From Raillietiella orientalis (Eukaryota): a DNA stretch of 64,000 nucleotides. Below the pieces are notes generated by a model that was given only the letters and a program-made list of their open reading frames with translations, was not told the DNA's origin and did not search any database. Each line of letters starts with the position of its first letter. Positions within the stretch are counted from its first letter, which is position 1. Below, one piece after another: positions 25,600-38,700 of the stretch. The translations under genes and the position numbers were made by a program. The stretch spans positions 2,728,001 to 2,792,000 of the forward strand of contig JAYWIR010000024.1 of NCBI GenBank assembly GCA_036172245.1. The letters are read 5' to 3'.

Positions 25600-28330
25600 T
25601 CCTTCCTGGTTCTGGAACTAGCGAACCCTGCTCTTGGTTCGAGGTGGAAAATCCTCAAGGTGTAAGGGCCCCCTGTTCCTTCCTCTGCCTTCCTGATCCT
25701 TGGATCTTGCGGACGCCATGCCGACCACTTGACTGGATTTTATTTCCACAAATTCGGCGCTTGCTGTGGGCAACGAGCAGACTGAAATGCCTGCACGAAC
25801 TCTTTTGAGAGCTGAAGAGGACCGCTTCGGTGCGTTTTCGCGGGTCGCTCCTGGGTCGCACGTAGGAATTCCTGACCGTTCTTTGACGTTCGGCAAAATG
25901 GAAATGCTTCGCTCGTATTAGAGGAACAGGAAAATGGCATCCACAAGAAAGTCTTCTACGAAGGACTGTGAGCAGATGTCTTTTTTTCACTAATCTGATC
26001 AACCGGAAACTATCCGCTAGCTCTTCAGACGTGTTGTGGAACCTCGAAGGTTTTGGACGTAGGAAGAAAGCGTGGACTGCCTTTTGAAAAAAGGAAAAAG
26101 CAAAATAAAAATCCTTCCGCAAGAGCAAGGCGTTTCAGAACCTGCAATCTCTTGTGCCATAAACCTCGAGGAAAAGAACTCCTCTTCATGTGTGTGATTA
26201 GTGGAAAGAGCATAAATTTTACTGCAAGCACTCTTAGAGTTTGCGGGTAATCTGGACCAAGACGCACAAGAAGACGTATTCTTCGCCTTTTCTCTTTGCT
26301 GCGAGCGGCAGGTCTTCTTACGAATGCGGCAGAATTCGTGACTAATCGGGCAGACGTCGACTTTCCCTTCAGTGAGCCGAAATTCTCCCTGTGCGTACAC
26401 ACACATGACTGTGGGCGAGCCCTATGGTTTCATAAAGGAAAAACGAGACCTATTTGTCACTCAGCGCTTCCAGCGGAATGGTTTGCAGATCGCAATTACG
26501 GACCGGCCGTGATGACCAATGCGTGACACTTTGGGATTTCTCTCTTTCTCATTACGGAACGCCTGTGTCGGGAAGGAGCATGGAATGGACATCCGTCGCA
26601 GAGGACCACTGCGGACATCCGTCGCTGTCAGCAGTGGTCCTCTGGTGTGCGTCTTTCCCCAGGAAGGCTTTCCAGAAAGCCTCATCGACGCAGTGTGGAG
26701 GAAACTGGGTGCTTCTTCGCATGGCATAAATTATTCTCAAAGGAAAAGTCATCTTTGATGACCTCTGAACCGATCCCGATTTTCCGTCTTTGTTCAAAGG
26801 CTTTGTGGTTGCCCCTTTCGTCTTGCGAGTGCGACCGTTCACTGTGCTGCCCTATCGTTGAATGCGCGCGTTTTGTTTTTCAAAGATTCTTCCCGGATGC
26901 GGAGGTCGAATGGCAAGTTGCGATGGTCGTCGATGCGGTCGCGTCCACGTAGTAACTGTTGGAATCTGTTCGTGTGTCTAGCGTTGTCATCTCATCGCGA
27001 TGTCCGTTTCCACTTGGAGACTCCGCTCAAGTCCGCTCCAAGTCCTTCCTTTATTCCTTTTTTTGTTTTTTTCCTTCGACGCCGTGTTTAACTGCACGAA
27101 GCTTCATTCCGGAGAGAATCCGTACATCGGAAAACCTGAAGTGGTGTTGCCTCAGCGGGAGGTTTTTTTTTATCAACTATTTGAGGCTCGGCGGACAACG
27201 CAATGCATCCCCATCATGAGGAATTCGTTGAGGGATTTCTCGTCGCCAGTTTCACCGAAAGCAGGAGAAGAGGAAGGAGGGTGGAATCTGTTATGGCCAT
27301 GCTCATTGATTCTCTCGGTCTCCTGAACTCCTGGAAGCCTCCCATTGCACTGCGGAGCTATGTGTTTCCTTCGGTGGCCACAACCATTCCCTCCAGCTTC
27401 CAGGCTGTGCCTCCGCTCGCTGGCTTGTTTAGGAAGCGCGCCATTGCCTTCAGATGGCTCTTGGCTCGCTGAAGCGGGCGCGGGCGAGGCACAAACCACC
27501 TCTTGAACGTGTTTCATCAGTCAGGTTCCCAGACGTCGACCTTCCATTCCTTCAGCGGCAAGCCCATACCAGTTACTCGTCTCGGTCCCACGAAACCACT
27601 CTCAAGTCTCTGTAATCCTTCTCGGGATGCAGAATTCTTCCGATGGAACGTTTCGGGGCCATCATCAACGAATCATGTCGTGATGCCATTGGGATTTGAT
27701 CTCGAGCTAGCATTTCTTCCCTCAGCGCTCAAATGAGCAGCTGCCTCTTTGCGCTCATCAATATGCCTGTCATCTTCGAGTTGGGAGCGAGCTTTCTTTT
27801 GTGCAATCAGCAAGGCAAAAATTCCAGCATGCATCGCAGAGCAGGCTCGCTCGTACCTTCATCTCGGCCGCGGGCAAATTCTTGGAGGCCGTACCGCCCC
27901 GTGAGCTTCCATGATCCTCAGACCAACTGCTTCACCTTCCCATCCGTGGATTTTTCCAGTCTGGTCGGCAGTCCCCAGAAGACTTGTGGCGGGTGTACTT
28001 GTAGCTTTCCTCCATGGAGCACCGAAAGCCCCGAGGGACACAGGCGCCTCTGTGCTGAAAGGGAAGCGCAGGGGAACAGACCCGTGGAAAGAAAACTCTT
28101 ATCGAATTTTGCTCCCGTGCTGCACCTTACTTACTTCGTTTCTCCGGTCTCGAGTGGGAACTCTTCTCAGCACCTCGTAGCTACAAAGAGGATGGTTTCA
28201 CACGCGCGCGGGAATCAGCTGCTCGTTGTTGCACACGGAAGCGGCCGCGTTCGGAATAGGGCAGTCGGTCCCGACCCATGACTTTAAGAACGTTTTATTA
28301 TTACTTTTTTGTTTTGTTTTGTTTTTTTGC
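25600..28330 (+). mobile_element. Possible highly decayed L1/Tx1-like ORF2 remnant in sense orientation
   Basis: Plus-strand IRRRGPLRTS (VRQGCPLS-like, ~26590) then KVIFDDL (YADD-like, ~26750), ending in a T-rich tract at ~28300. Weak. Confidence 0.2.
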
Positions 28331-29228
28331 TCTGCTGTCATCCACGTCGCCATTTCATGTTTGAGCGATTTTCCTCGTTATCTGTAAGGAGCGGATCTCT
28401 GCTTTCGTGTTTCCATCGTGACGCGCGCGAGAGAGGAGAATGGCACGCTTCGGACTTGTGCTCGTTGAGTTTTCGTTTTGGGAGCAGCAGCATCTGCTGA
28501 CTGAGGCCCAACGGAGGCTGCGACACGGTGCCAATTAACGGATCACGAAGAGAATGCCTGGGGTCCCGTTGGCGAACAAAAGTCTTTTGAATGCATGATT
28601 CGTGGAACATGGGGGTCGTGTTCCTGGGAGAAAGGTCGGCGAAGTCGGTTGGCGTCGGCATTGTGTAGAGTCACTGATCGCGTTCTGCTGATTCCGCTCC
28701 TCTGAGAGTTGCTGATCCACCAGCCACCGGCTGAGTAGTAATTTCGCTACAGATGTGGCACTTTGACGGGCGCTCGTGGTTCCTCCAGTGGTTCCACCGG
28801 GGCAACCGAGCCGCCCCTCCCCAGAGATCGTCTTGCTGCGTCACTATGCGGGTCGTTTTCTTGGCCTTTCTTGGCCCGCCAAGGGAGCCATGGGGCACGT
28901 TTTGCCAAATCTAAGTCTCCTCCGTGGATACACGTTATAACACCAAACTGCACGCTCTGTGTCTCTTTGCTCGAGATGTGTTTCCATTTTCGGTCTTCGG
29001 GAGAAATTCGACAGCGTTCCAAGAATTCGTGTTTATGCGCGTGAGATGTCAGAGGTGTTCGCCGTGTTCGGCGCGGTGTGATAATGTGTCAAGGTTCCCT
29101 GCCAAGCACTCATTAAGTTCGCGCGAGTGGTGTCTTTTTCTGCCACGGCGATTTTCGCAAAGTTCTTTGTGGTGTTGGAGTACTTCCTCATCACCATTCA
29201 CGATTCACGTCCGTAATAGATTCGATAG

Positions 29229-29321
29229 CTTTCTGTTCCTTTGCTGATTCTACCGAGCTCCGTTTTGGAGCATCTGCCACGACCAAGAAAGGATGTTTAC
29301 ATTGAAGCCCAGCAACCAAGT
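29229..29321 (+). CDS. Candidate coding exon 3 (…PSSVLEHLPRPRKDVY…)
   Basis: In-frame PSS…DVY resembles the recalled insect SKIP continuation after QPLYVPG(K/R)Y (PSSCLS…EIY). Requires the acceptor gatag| at 29228 and a GC donor |GCAAGT at 29322. Confidence 0.4.
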
Positions 29322-29370
29322 GCAAGTCTTCCATCATCTTCTAATTATATCCTTAATTTTTCGCTCCCAG

Positions 29371-29433
29371 AGGACGAAGGATAATCACTACCTTAACGAA
29401 CCCAGTCTTGACGGCTTCTACAAAATGATTGAG
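29371..29433 (+). CDS. Candidate small coding exon (RTKDNHYLNEPSLDGFYKMIE)
   Basis: Good acceptor ttttcgctcccag|, open phase-0 frame, weak donor GAG|GTGGAA. No recognised homology. Confidence 0.3.
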
Positions 29434-32400
29434 GTGGAAGATCCATTCGCTACAGAGAAACACGGCGTTTCCTTGGATACAGATTACGGGAACTTCCGTA
29501 ATCTGTATCCAAGGAAACGTTCGTCTCCATTGTTTTCCGTACGAGAATCCTAGGCGATTGCCCGAATTCCGTCACGATTCGCCGCTTCCGAAGTCCTCCG
29601 AAGTGTGCTCCACTTACAGAATCTGATTGCTCCATGGAATTTGCTTAAAGAATATGAAAGCGGCACTTCTTGCAGGAAAGGAAACTGTCATCTGGTTCGC
29701 TTGGGAGGCAGAGCGGCTGTTACAGAAGTTACCTTTGATATAAGAGGAAACACATATTCCTCTATCTCCTCCCGTCCAACTATTGGTAGGGTAGTTTATT
29801 CGGTCCAGGAGGCGGGGAGAAAATTCGGAATGAACTGGGCTGAGTTCCTGCTGCGAAAGCTCTCATCTTCCCAGCTCGAATTCCAAGATCTCTTGCATAC
29901 CAGTTGTTGTTTTCTGGGCCATATAAGATCTATCCTGATCCACATGGTCTGGAATCCACGGAGAGCGAAGGAGAGCGAGCACAGAGGATTGGCTTACCAT
30001 TCGTATGACGCTGCATCCAGCAAAAGACCAAGTCGCCAGAGAAGGAAGGATTCTCAAGCGATGGGCAGAGCACAGGAAGAGGGAAACACGACTGTCGTGG
30101 AAGAAAGGTCGACGAAGTCAGTCAGTTACCTAGTAGAGTAACCGATCGCGTCTGCTGAAATACGCTACTCCAGGAAGTCTGGAGACACGTTGGGTCACTG
30201 GCCGAGATGAGGAAACCCTCGTTGGCACCAGCTTTTCTCCCTCTCCTCCCCCTCCCAGTCACACATCACATCCTTCGTGTTGTCATGAGGATCCCCGAAC
30301 CGTGAGACTTTTTTCGAGCGTCCCTTTTGAGCGGCGTACATCCACTCATCCCGTTCGCCAGCGATGTGTACGAGGTGGTGCGCGCGTCTACGAGTTCTAT
30401 TACGTGTCCTGCCTTTCCCATCATCCCGGAGCCGCCTTCGTCCCTCGGGCGACGCGAGCGTCTCGCCTTCACTTCCCTCCGCTCTCAGTTCCCTTTGGGC
30501 GTTCCCCATCCTCCCTCTGACGATTATGGTTAAGCTGTAAGGTCCTCTCCAGGAGGACTTCTGTGGACCTGCGTGTAGCCTTCTCTTCACAGGAAAAAGT
30601 GCTCTGCTTCCCTCGGGAATGTCTTTCCGAAGCCACGGGGAACTCCGAAGCGTATTGAATCCGGATGCCCACGGTATCTGCCGCGCGGGATTCCCACTTT
30701 GGTAGGATCTGAGTCTCAGCCCGGGGACGCTTTATTTGAAATGATTGGGAGTCAAGTCGAGATCAATCTCCATCTTCCAAAGGAGATTTTTTTTTATTTC
30801 TTAGATTTTTGTACACAAAATGGCGTCAAGATTGGGAATGGAAACAAGTGGAGGGGGGAGGCTTCCCATCATCCCCCTCTCCCGTCTTTTCCTCCTCCAC
30901 TTCGTCCCGCGGTGGGACCGATCTGAAGTTCCTCCATGCTTCCAATTGGGCGACCCACCCGATGCTTCCAGTGCACATCCCGGGGTTTTTCCGTTCTACG
31001 AAGCTGGCGAGAAAAGCACAGCAACGGCCGGTGGGGGCGTCGCACATGGCCAAGGAGGGAAGGGAACTCTACCCCAATCCCAATCTCTTCCGAGCTTTCT
31101 TGGGCAGCTCGTCTGGTGGGTCGCCTCGTGGCGCAACACGGCTGCGGGGTTATCGATTCTGACCCGTCCGACGTGCCCGGTGCATCATCACCTTGAGGGA
31201 GGGCCGGACGTCTCCAGGAGCCGCTTCCCCATCTTGTGTTCGGCTGGCCTTTGTGAGCTTTTTGTCGTGAGGTGGCTCCCGCTCGCCGAGAGGCCCCCAT
31301 CGCCACGGGAGTTCGCACCGAGCGGACGCTCCTCCACGCTCTCTCTCTCCCTGCTTGTCTCCTGCATCATCCAAGGTCGTCGGCTGGTCTTTCGGAGCGG
31401 GGAAGCTTACATCGAGCACGATGACCCGACCTTCTTCTTCTTCAGAGTGTAAGGTCTGGCTTCGGGGATAGCAAGAAAGATAGGGAAGAAACCGGCTGAT
31501 GTGCACCGCCTGCCTCGCGCATGACTTCGGTGGTCCTGGGGCTCGGTCGCTCGCTGGACTCCGGGATCCCCGGAAATTCCACGGCGCTCACTCTTTGCGG
31601 TCTCCGGAGGCGAAGCGGAGATTCAGAACCGGGTGCCTTTCCTCTCTCCTCGGTTGATGAGCGGGCGCGCTGCCGGGAAAGGCAAGGGCGCGGCAGGCAA
31701 GGAGGGGCCAAGACGCTGCCACCCTCTTCGTCGCCGTCTTCGCGAAGAACTTGCACACGTAAGCGACATCCAGTGCGATGACGACCTCTCCTCTCCCCGC
31801 AGAGGGAGGTCCGGTCTGAGCTCCCGCATTCCTTCCCGGAACCGCCCCCGTCGGCGACTACCGACTTCCGGTGTTTCGGGGCGGCCCTCTTGATTGGAGG
31901 CTATCAGCGTGCCTTCAGAAACCGCCTGAGTCGAGCGGCCGACGCGTCTTTGTGGGAGACCGAGGAGATGGAGGTGGCGTCAAAGATCCAGGGAATTCTT
32001 GCAAGCGGGGGCGGGAAGAAACCTGCGGGGAGTTTGCGCTTGCGGAAGGCCGCGTGCCATGAGACCGCTCACTTAGCTGAAGAAGAGCTTTGGACCTTTG
32101 GATCCAACCGACAGAGACGAGCACAGGAGAGAGAGAGAACTCCCGACAGGTTTTCAGGTCGCGTCCTTCAGCCGTGCTCCTGTTCCCTCGTTGCTTTTCG
32201 AGGAAGGAAAGCAGACGAGTTTCTCCGGGAATCAGCGGTGTGGGGCTTGCAAAAGTCGCGAAGACGAGCAGCTGCTCGAAGGAATGGCGCCTTCGTAACA
32301 GACGAACTGGCGATGGTGAAATCAGCGTTCAACTTCTTTCGATGATCTGTAGAGATGGGATCCAAAGGCCTACTGCGTTTTAGTTTTTATTTTATTATTA

Positions 32401-33707
32401 TTATTATCATTATTTTCTTGGAGGGAGAGGGAGGGGTCCCGATATTTTGATTTGCAGATCTTTTGGTTCGAGATCCATTAGTGAGAGCGTTCATTTGTCT
32501 ACACAACAGATCAGCCACTCCCACTAATGGAACCGAACTTCGACAAAGAGTCATGACGAAGACAGCGCTGGTATGTCTTTGAGCGGACTCTTGTGCCTGT
32601 GTGGTTCTTCCACTCGTGTTTACACGCGAGTGTTTACTTGCCTTGCAGACGAAGATGGCGCCCCTGCACGAAATTATAAACAAATACGCAAATGAACCAT
32701 TTGTTTCGGAAAACGCTGTAAACAAATGGATTCCCGCACCGATTTTCCCCGCCCCAATTTTTTCTCCCCTACGATCTCCTTTCACTGATTGTTCTTCCCT
32801 TGGAAAGATCGCAGATTCACACGGACACCATTGTCGATCCTTGATGAATGCCTGTGAATAAATCCACCGGGATGCCTGCACGTTTCCGTGGAAACCACGG
32901 CGTGGCAGAGACAAGGGGAATTTACTGCAGCGTGTGTGCCTGCGCGGCAGCAGGAACGAAGGAGAGCCGGTCGAGAAGGGCTGCTCCAAGAATTGCTCTC
33001 TTTGGCGCCTCGGTGAAATTCGTTCGTGCCCACCTGGCTTGGACCCGAAAGATCGCGGGTGTAGTCGTGAACGGGAACGCGTTTGAAAATGATCTGGGAT
33101 TCTGGGTGAGGGATGTTTTTTCGAGACCTTAAAGAGAGGTTCTTCTTGCTCGAGCGATGTGCGCGGAGTAACCGGGAAGCAAAGTCGAAGGCCTCAAAGG
33201 TGGGGACAGTCATCCGTGGCCCGCACGGCGTTTCAGCTACCACCCGAGAGTGCGTCGTACCGTTAGGAGGTTATTTTCGACAAAGGGTGTGGTGGCGAAA
33301 GAGGATTCATTCGCAAAAGATAGCTGCTCCTTGGACGGGAAAATGACTGCGAGTATCCCTAACCCTGGCTAGGTAACCAGACGACTCTTGTATGGAAGCT
33401 GCTTCAAAGTCCCACGGGATGCAGCCGACACCGTGCATTTAAACGCCTGCTCCGGAAACCGTTCTCTATCATCCCGTGCGCGAAAATCCCAACACTCCTT
33501 GGCAGATTCGAAGGCGTTCAGTGGGACTGCAGCTGGCAAACAGAGGTCCCAGAACCATGCCGTCCGCGTTGGGGGCCCCTCCGCGCGTGGTACCAAGCGT
33601 TGCGGGTTCGGATCCCTCCCGGAATGGATCGATTCCGCGAGAAGTGAGTGCATTGTGGGTTTCGAATCCTCCACCCACCCCACCCCACCCCCGACCGCAG
33701 GACGACG

Positions 33708-34257
33708 CCGGTCGCGCCAGGGCGTTTATTTATAAAATAAAGCTACACGTCTGTGTCAGGAACGTTTGATCCTGCCACGTTCCTTATAAACACGAGAAGG
33801 GATCTGGCACGCAGGCCAGCGGGGTCTCCTCGGCAGCACAGGGGAAAGGGAGACAAGCAAAAAGGGAAAAAAATAAAACAGAAAGCATAGTCAAAAAATG
33901 GAGGGGTTGGGAAGGGATTACCCGGATGCTGGAGGGTTTCTTCTGCATCCTTGTAAGGATGCCGGCAAGTTCCTGTTCCAAGACTCCCAGACGGAGCCAT
34001 CTTGATGCTGTCCTCATGAAGAGGACAGCAGAATAGATGACATCCCTATCGCTCTGGCCTCTTCTGGAGTTGCTCCATGCAGCCATGGCCCCGCAGTATA
34101 GGCAGCGCAGTGCTGCTGGGGATGCCGCCAGCGTGAGGGCGTCGCGCAGGAAGAGGCGCTTGACAACGTCTCTGGCGTTGCCGCCGGGGGTTCCAAGGGC
34201 CGCAGCAAAGCATTCCCAGAGGAGCCGGAGGGCAACACAGTCCACTAGGAGGTGCGG
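33708..34257 (-). mobile_element. L1/Tx1-like 3' end (ORF2 C-terminus plus structured 3' UTR)
   Basis: PHLLVDCVALRLLWECFAAALGTPGGNARD...ELAGIL aligns with PHLLVECVALRPLWERFAAALGVPGGNPRD...QLAGIL at 57298-57640. Shared 3' tail motifs. Confidence 0.85.
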
Positions 34258-34800
34258 CACTGGTGGAAGCTGGTTGCTCCCGTTTGCCAGCCGGGATTGG
34301 AAGTTGACCCTTCGGGGGTCCTTCCAGGAATCAAGGAGCACCGACTCCCTTTCGGGGTTCCCCTACTGTCGATGAAATTGGAGCCGTACCATGGAACTGG
34401 TTGGTTTATACCCCTTCCGAGTGTCAAGTGTTGCTCCCTTCGTGGAGCGTCCTTCAGAAAAAATTTAGAAGCGTTTTTTCGGAGTTCTCTTCAGAGAAGG
34501 AAAAAAGGAGCGGTTCCCTTGCGGAGAAGAAATTCCAGGAGCGAATCCTTTCCGGCTTCCCTTTGGAGAAGGAAAAGGGGAGCGCCCCCCTCCGAGGGAC
34601 CCTATGGAGAAAATAAGGAAGAGGTTCCCTTCGGGGTTCCCTACCAGGCGTGAGAGGAACGGATTCCTTCCTCTGCAGCCCCTTCCTGGATTCATAGGGT
34701 GGTCCCCCTGACTTGCAGAGTTGACACGCACCCTCGAGCTGCGTGGGCGGTGCTCAAGGAGGCGCCAGGCGAACGATGGTCCTTCAGTACTTAGCGAAGC
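34256..34800 (+). mobile_element. Inverted fragment of the ORF1-side region of the L1/Tx1-like element
   Basis: Reverse complement matches 2050-2677 (e.g. gaccaccc(c/t)atgaatccaggaagg, cctctcacgcc, gggtcaactt(a/c)caatcccggct). Confidence 0.8.
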
Positions 34801-34899
34801 ACACCGTCTTCGGGTTGCAAGCAGGGTTTCGGTCTCACCGACCCTCAGGTCGCCTCTGAGGACCCCAATTGTTTCTCACCTTTTGGAATTATCTATCCC

Positions 34900-37800
34900 T
34901 CTGGGGCGTGTCGTTCGCCCCTCGACGCGGTCGTGAGAAAGGCTTTGGGAATAGCCGGTCGCTGGCTCCACGCGCCAACGCCCGAAGGCAAGCCACGCTC
35001 CGTGCCCGCGCTGGAATTCGTCGCCTGCCCGGTTTGCGTGCGGCAGCACTCGGAACCGACGAGTGCGACGCGCGGAACGCTCACGCTCGCCCGTTTCGTC
35101 CGCGCGCCTCATCCTTCAGTGGGAACCCGCGTCCCCACGGCTCCCTCTCCGGCGCTCGCAGTCCTCTGGCAGCGTGCCTCTCCCCCCCTTCCCCCGACCG
35201 GTCTCCGAACAGGTCTCCTTCTCTTCAGTACTTCACGGAATCTACTTTACCGGAAGTGTGGACGATCCTTCGGCGGAGCGAGGAGCTTCCTGCACGAATG
35301 GAGCTCTGCGCCACTGCGGGACTCACCTCGCGCGCTCCCGCAGAGGTGCTCTTCCATGACCTCTTTTCCTCGCAGCGCCTTTTCGGCGGAAGCGATCGTC
35401 GGTTTCCCCAGGAACTGCGCACGCGCTTGTCGTGGTCCGTCCGAGCACTCGTGGATGCGACGTGTTGCCTGCTCTCCCGTTTCCCACACAGCTTCCTGGC
35501 ATCTCGGTCCGCGCGAATCTCCGGATGACCCCGTCGCCATCCACTTGGCTCGTCCGCGAGCCTTCTTCCGATCCCAGAAAGGCTGCCCGAGCGTTTCCGG
35601 ATCCTCCAGGACTCCCTCCTTCGCAGCGAAGGCGAGTTGCCTGCCAGGCAAGGGCCGGTGACCTCTCTAGATGCATAGCCTCCGTAGGAAGTGGTCTCTG
35701 CGCGCGTTGCCGTAGGGATGACCGACTCGACAGCCAAGAAAAGAAGAGGCAACGCTGGTTGCCGCGTAAACAGGGATGGCGGGGTAACCAGAAGGCAGTG
35801 CGCAAGCGCCGTCGCGCTCGCGAAGCGCGACGCGCACATTCGGCTCTTCCGACTCGAAGCCGAAGGGGGGAAGGGAGTCGGAACGCAGCCCTCCGCTCGC
35901 TCCCGTTGCGCGCGCGAACTTCCTCCCCCTCCATCCCCTTCTTCCTTCGTAATCTCACGCGTTTAGCGTTTCCTTTTGTTTTTCGAATGCCTCGCGGCGG
36001 TAGCGTTGCGGCCGCGCCGTTGCACGTTAGCGTCGGGTCACGTGGGTGAGCGGATTCATCTCTCAGTCGTCTGGAGGCTGCGGAAGGATGCCTCCACGTT
36101 GGGACGGTGGGCAGAGAACCTCCTTCCTCCTCTTAGGCGGAGGGAGGCGCAGGTCGACAGCGGGGTTGCCATCCGCCGCCGCTTTCGAGCTGTACGGCTC
36201 GGGAGGTGGCAGCCGCAGCGTTCCCTCAGCATGCTCTGCCGTCTCCGCGCCGCGCCTGCTCCACCTCGCGCCCTCCCCTCATTCCGCCCTTGACGAGGGC
36301 CTTCCCCTCTCCCTTTCCCTTGAAGACCGCTCCCTCTTCTTTCCTTCTTTCTCCGAATTTTCTCAGCCCCGTCGATGCCACCTTCCCCTCCTTTGTAGCG
36401 CTCATCCGTGTCACGCTGGCCATTCTCTTTCCAGCCCTCCAGCTGCCTCAGCGACCGAGAGGAAGAAGAGATATACGACTGGGCTTACGCTTGCCGCAGG
36501 CGCTGGAAGGACAAGAAGAGCGCCTTATCCTCCATATCCAGGTAACCCGCGCAGGGCGATCTCCTCCCCTCGCGCCTCGCGCTCTCTCCATCCACCCGCC
36601 ATCCTCTGCCCCTCTCCACAGTCCTCCTTACCCCCCTCCCCCCCTCCCCCAGCGACTTCCCGGCGCCGCCATCTCCTTCCCACTCGCGTCTTTCCCGGAA
36701 ACGAGAGATCTTCCCGGAGCGCTGTGGGCCGCGCATCACGGCCTGGCTGCATGGCACCCTTGCGAAGGGATGGCCGCGGAAAGGAAGCCCGGACGGGAGG
36801 GGCAGGGGAAGGGCAGCTCGCTGAGAACGTCGTTTCTTCCCTCCAGAAAATGACAGGTCCGATCCTGGAGCGGCAATGACCTCACTTATCTTTCAAGTTC
36901 CCATCGATGATCCGTGTCCCGGTCCAGATCCGTTCTATCTGATTTTTCCTCCCCCTTCATGTTCCCTACGGGGCGCAGCCTCGCTTCCCCCTGCTCCAGA
37001 AATCCTCCTTCCGTCACTGATGGCGCTTCACTCTTCAGTTCTTGAAGGGAAGGACCGCTCGCCTCTCCCGGAAGGAGTGGAAGATACTTTGCTTCCCTCG
37101 GATAACTCTCCCGTCGACTCCGTCCCTTTTCTCCCATCGAACAGCGAATGCCCCTTCCCCGTCCGATCTCTCTCGAGCGCACGCGCCTCCTCCTCCTGCT
37201 TCCATGCCTACCGTGTTCCGATCTCCAAGGGCTCCTGGAAGGATCGGCATCTTCTCCCCTGCCCACCCGACCGGAATGTTTCGTTCCGAACCGGAGGTCA
37301 CACCAAGGAAAGCCTCTTACTTCCGAAGGTCATCTGAAGGGGTCAAACTCCCCTAAAGACCCTTCTTACTCCTCTTCGCCTTCGCGCTCCCGGCATTCCC
37401 GTCCCAGCAGCTGAAAACCCACCCTGGGCGTTGGCGGGAAGGCGCCTACGCGGAGTTCATGGGGCTATCCCAGAGGCAAGGGACTTGGGAAGACGAGTAA
37501 GAGAAGTGGAGACGGCCACCTCGGGAAGGGTGGAAGCAGCAGCCTCCGCGGCCCTTCCGGAGGTATCCTCTGTGGCTCGCGCGAGGACGAGAATTTCGGG
37601 AGGTCACTTGGGAGCAGGTCGGGAGCAGATGAGGAGGAGAAGGCAACGAGAAGATAAAGGGGAGGATGAAGCGACGGAGGCGTCCTGCGTCTGGGAGCTC
37701 CGTCCCTCCGTCTGGTCTTCGCGCAGCGATCAGGGACGGCCCTTAGGCAGCAAGGAAGAAGGGCGTGCCTCGCGCATCGACCCCGTCCCTCTCAGCGCTC

Positions 37801-38700
37801 TTCCCCCCGGGACCGTCCTCTCTCCGCACGACCTTCCCAAGAAGCTTCCGGTTTCGAAGGCAGGGGGGGGGGCTTCTGGCGCAAGCTGCCACTGGCTGGC
37901 TCGCATTGCCCCTCTGCCCTTCCCTGACTTCGACCTTCCCTCCTTCCACCGGTACTTCCCCGAAGCCACCTGCCTCTCTCCGAGGCCTTGTGGACAGGCA
38001 TGTGGACCCTCCGTCGCGCGCACCTCCGTAGGTGCCCCGGCGTCCACGTCTCGCGTCTCCGCCCGCCGTTCCGCCGCTGGGCGGAGGGAACGCCGCTCCC
38101 TCGCGGCCCTGTTTCCCCGGCGACTCGCAGACGCCAGGCCGGAGGCATCCGCCGTTATCGTCTTCCTCCATCGGCAAAGGAGACCCGGAGATCGCTCTTT
38201 CTGTCTTTTTTTCCGAGATCCTCGCCCCCGCCGCCGGGTGGATGCGAGGAATGGCGCGTTCCACGGGGCGATCTTCCTCTCAGGTGCGAAGGCTGCAGAG
38301 ACGTCGCTCTTTTGCGCCCATGCTGTCTCTTCTTCCCCCTCCTCTCTCGCTGCTCGCGTGGGTCCCTCCTTTGCTTTAGGACCCCTCCCCACCCACCCCA
38401 ACGGGATGACTCACATTCGAGCGGCGCGACCCTTCCTCCCGTCTCCGTCTTCAGGGGTTCTTAGGGAAGTGCACGAAGGTATGTCCGATAGGAACCGGGA
38501 GCTCAGGAAACTGGGGGCGTCCTTAGATGACTTCCGGATAGTAGTTGGCAGCAAAGAGGAAGGGTTGATCCAAAGGAGATCCTCCGCCGTCAGGACCTTC
38601 CAGATCTCCTCCACCCTCGATATCTCCCTCTCCCTACGGGAGATTACTTCGGGGTGACAAGTCACAAGTTCGGACGCGCGAAGCGCCGAAAGTATGGGGC
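34900..38700 (-). mobile_element. Possible highly decayed GC-rich L1/Tx1-like ORF2 remnant
   Basis: Minus fragment GYLDMEDKA (LDxEKAFD-like, ~36530). Weak, boundaries uncertain. Confidence 0.2.

Noticed and set aside
29347..29397. U12-type signals ATATCCTT (29347) and CCTTAAC (29391)
   Set aside because: The nearby AC/AG acceptors I tried give stops shortly after splicing, so no coherent minor-class intron could be built.
33604..33672. B-box-like strings (gggttcggatccc, ggtttcgaatcc), also ggttcaaatcc on the minus strand near 47331
   Set aside because: No A-box at proper spacing or cloverleaf could be read, so no tRNA or tRNA-SINE is supported. tRNAscan-SE would settle it.
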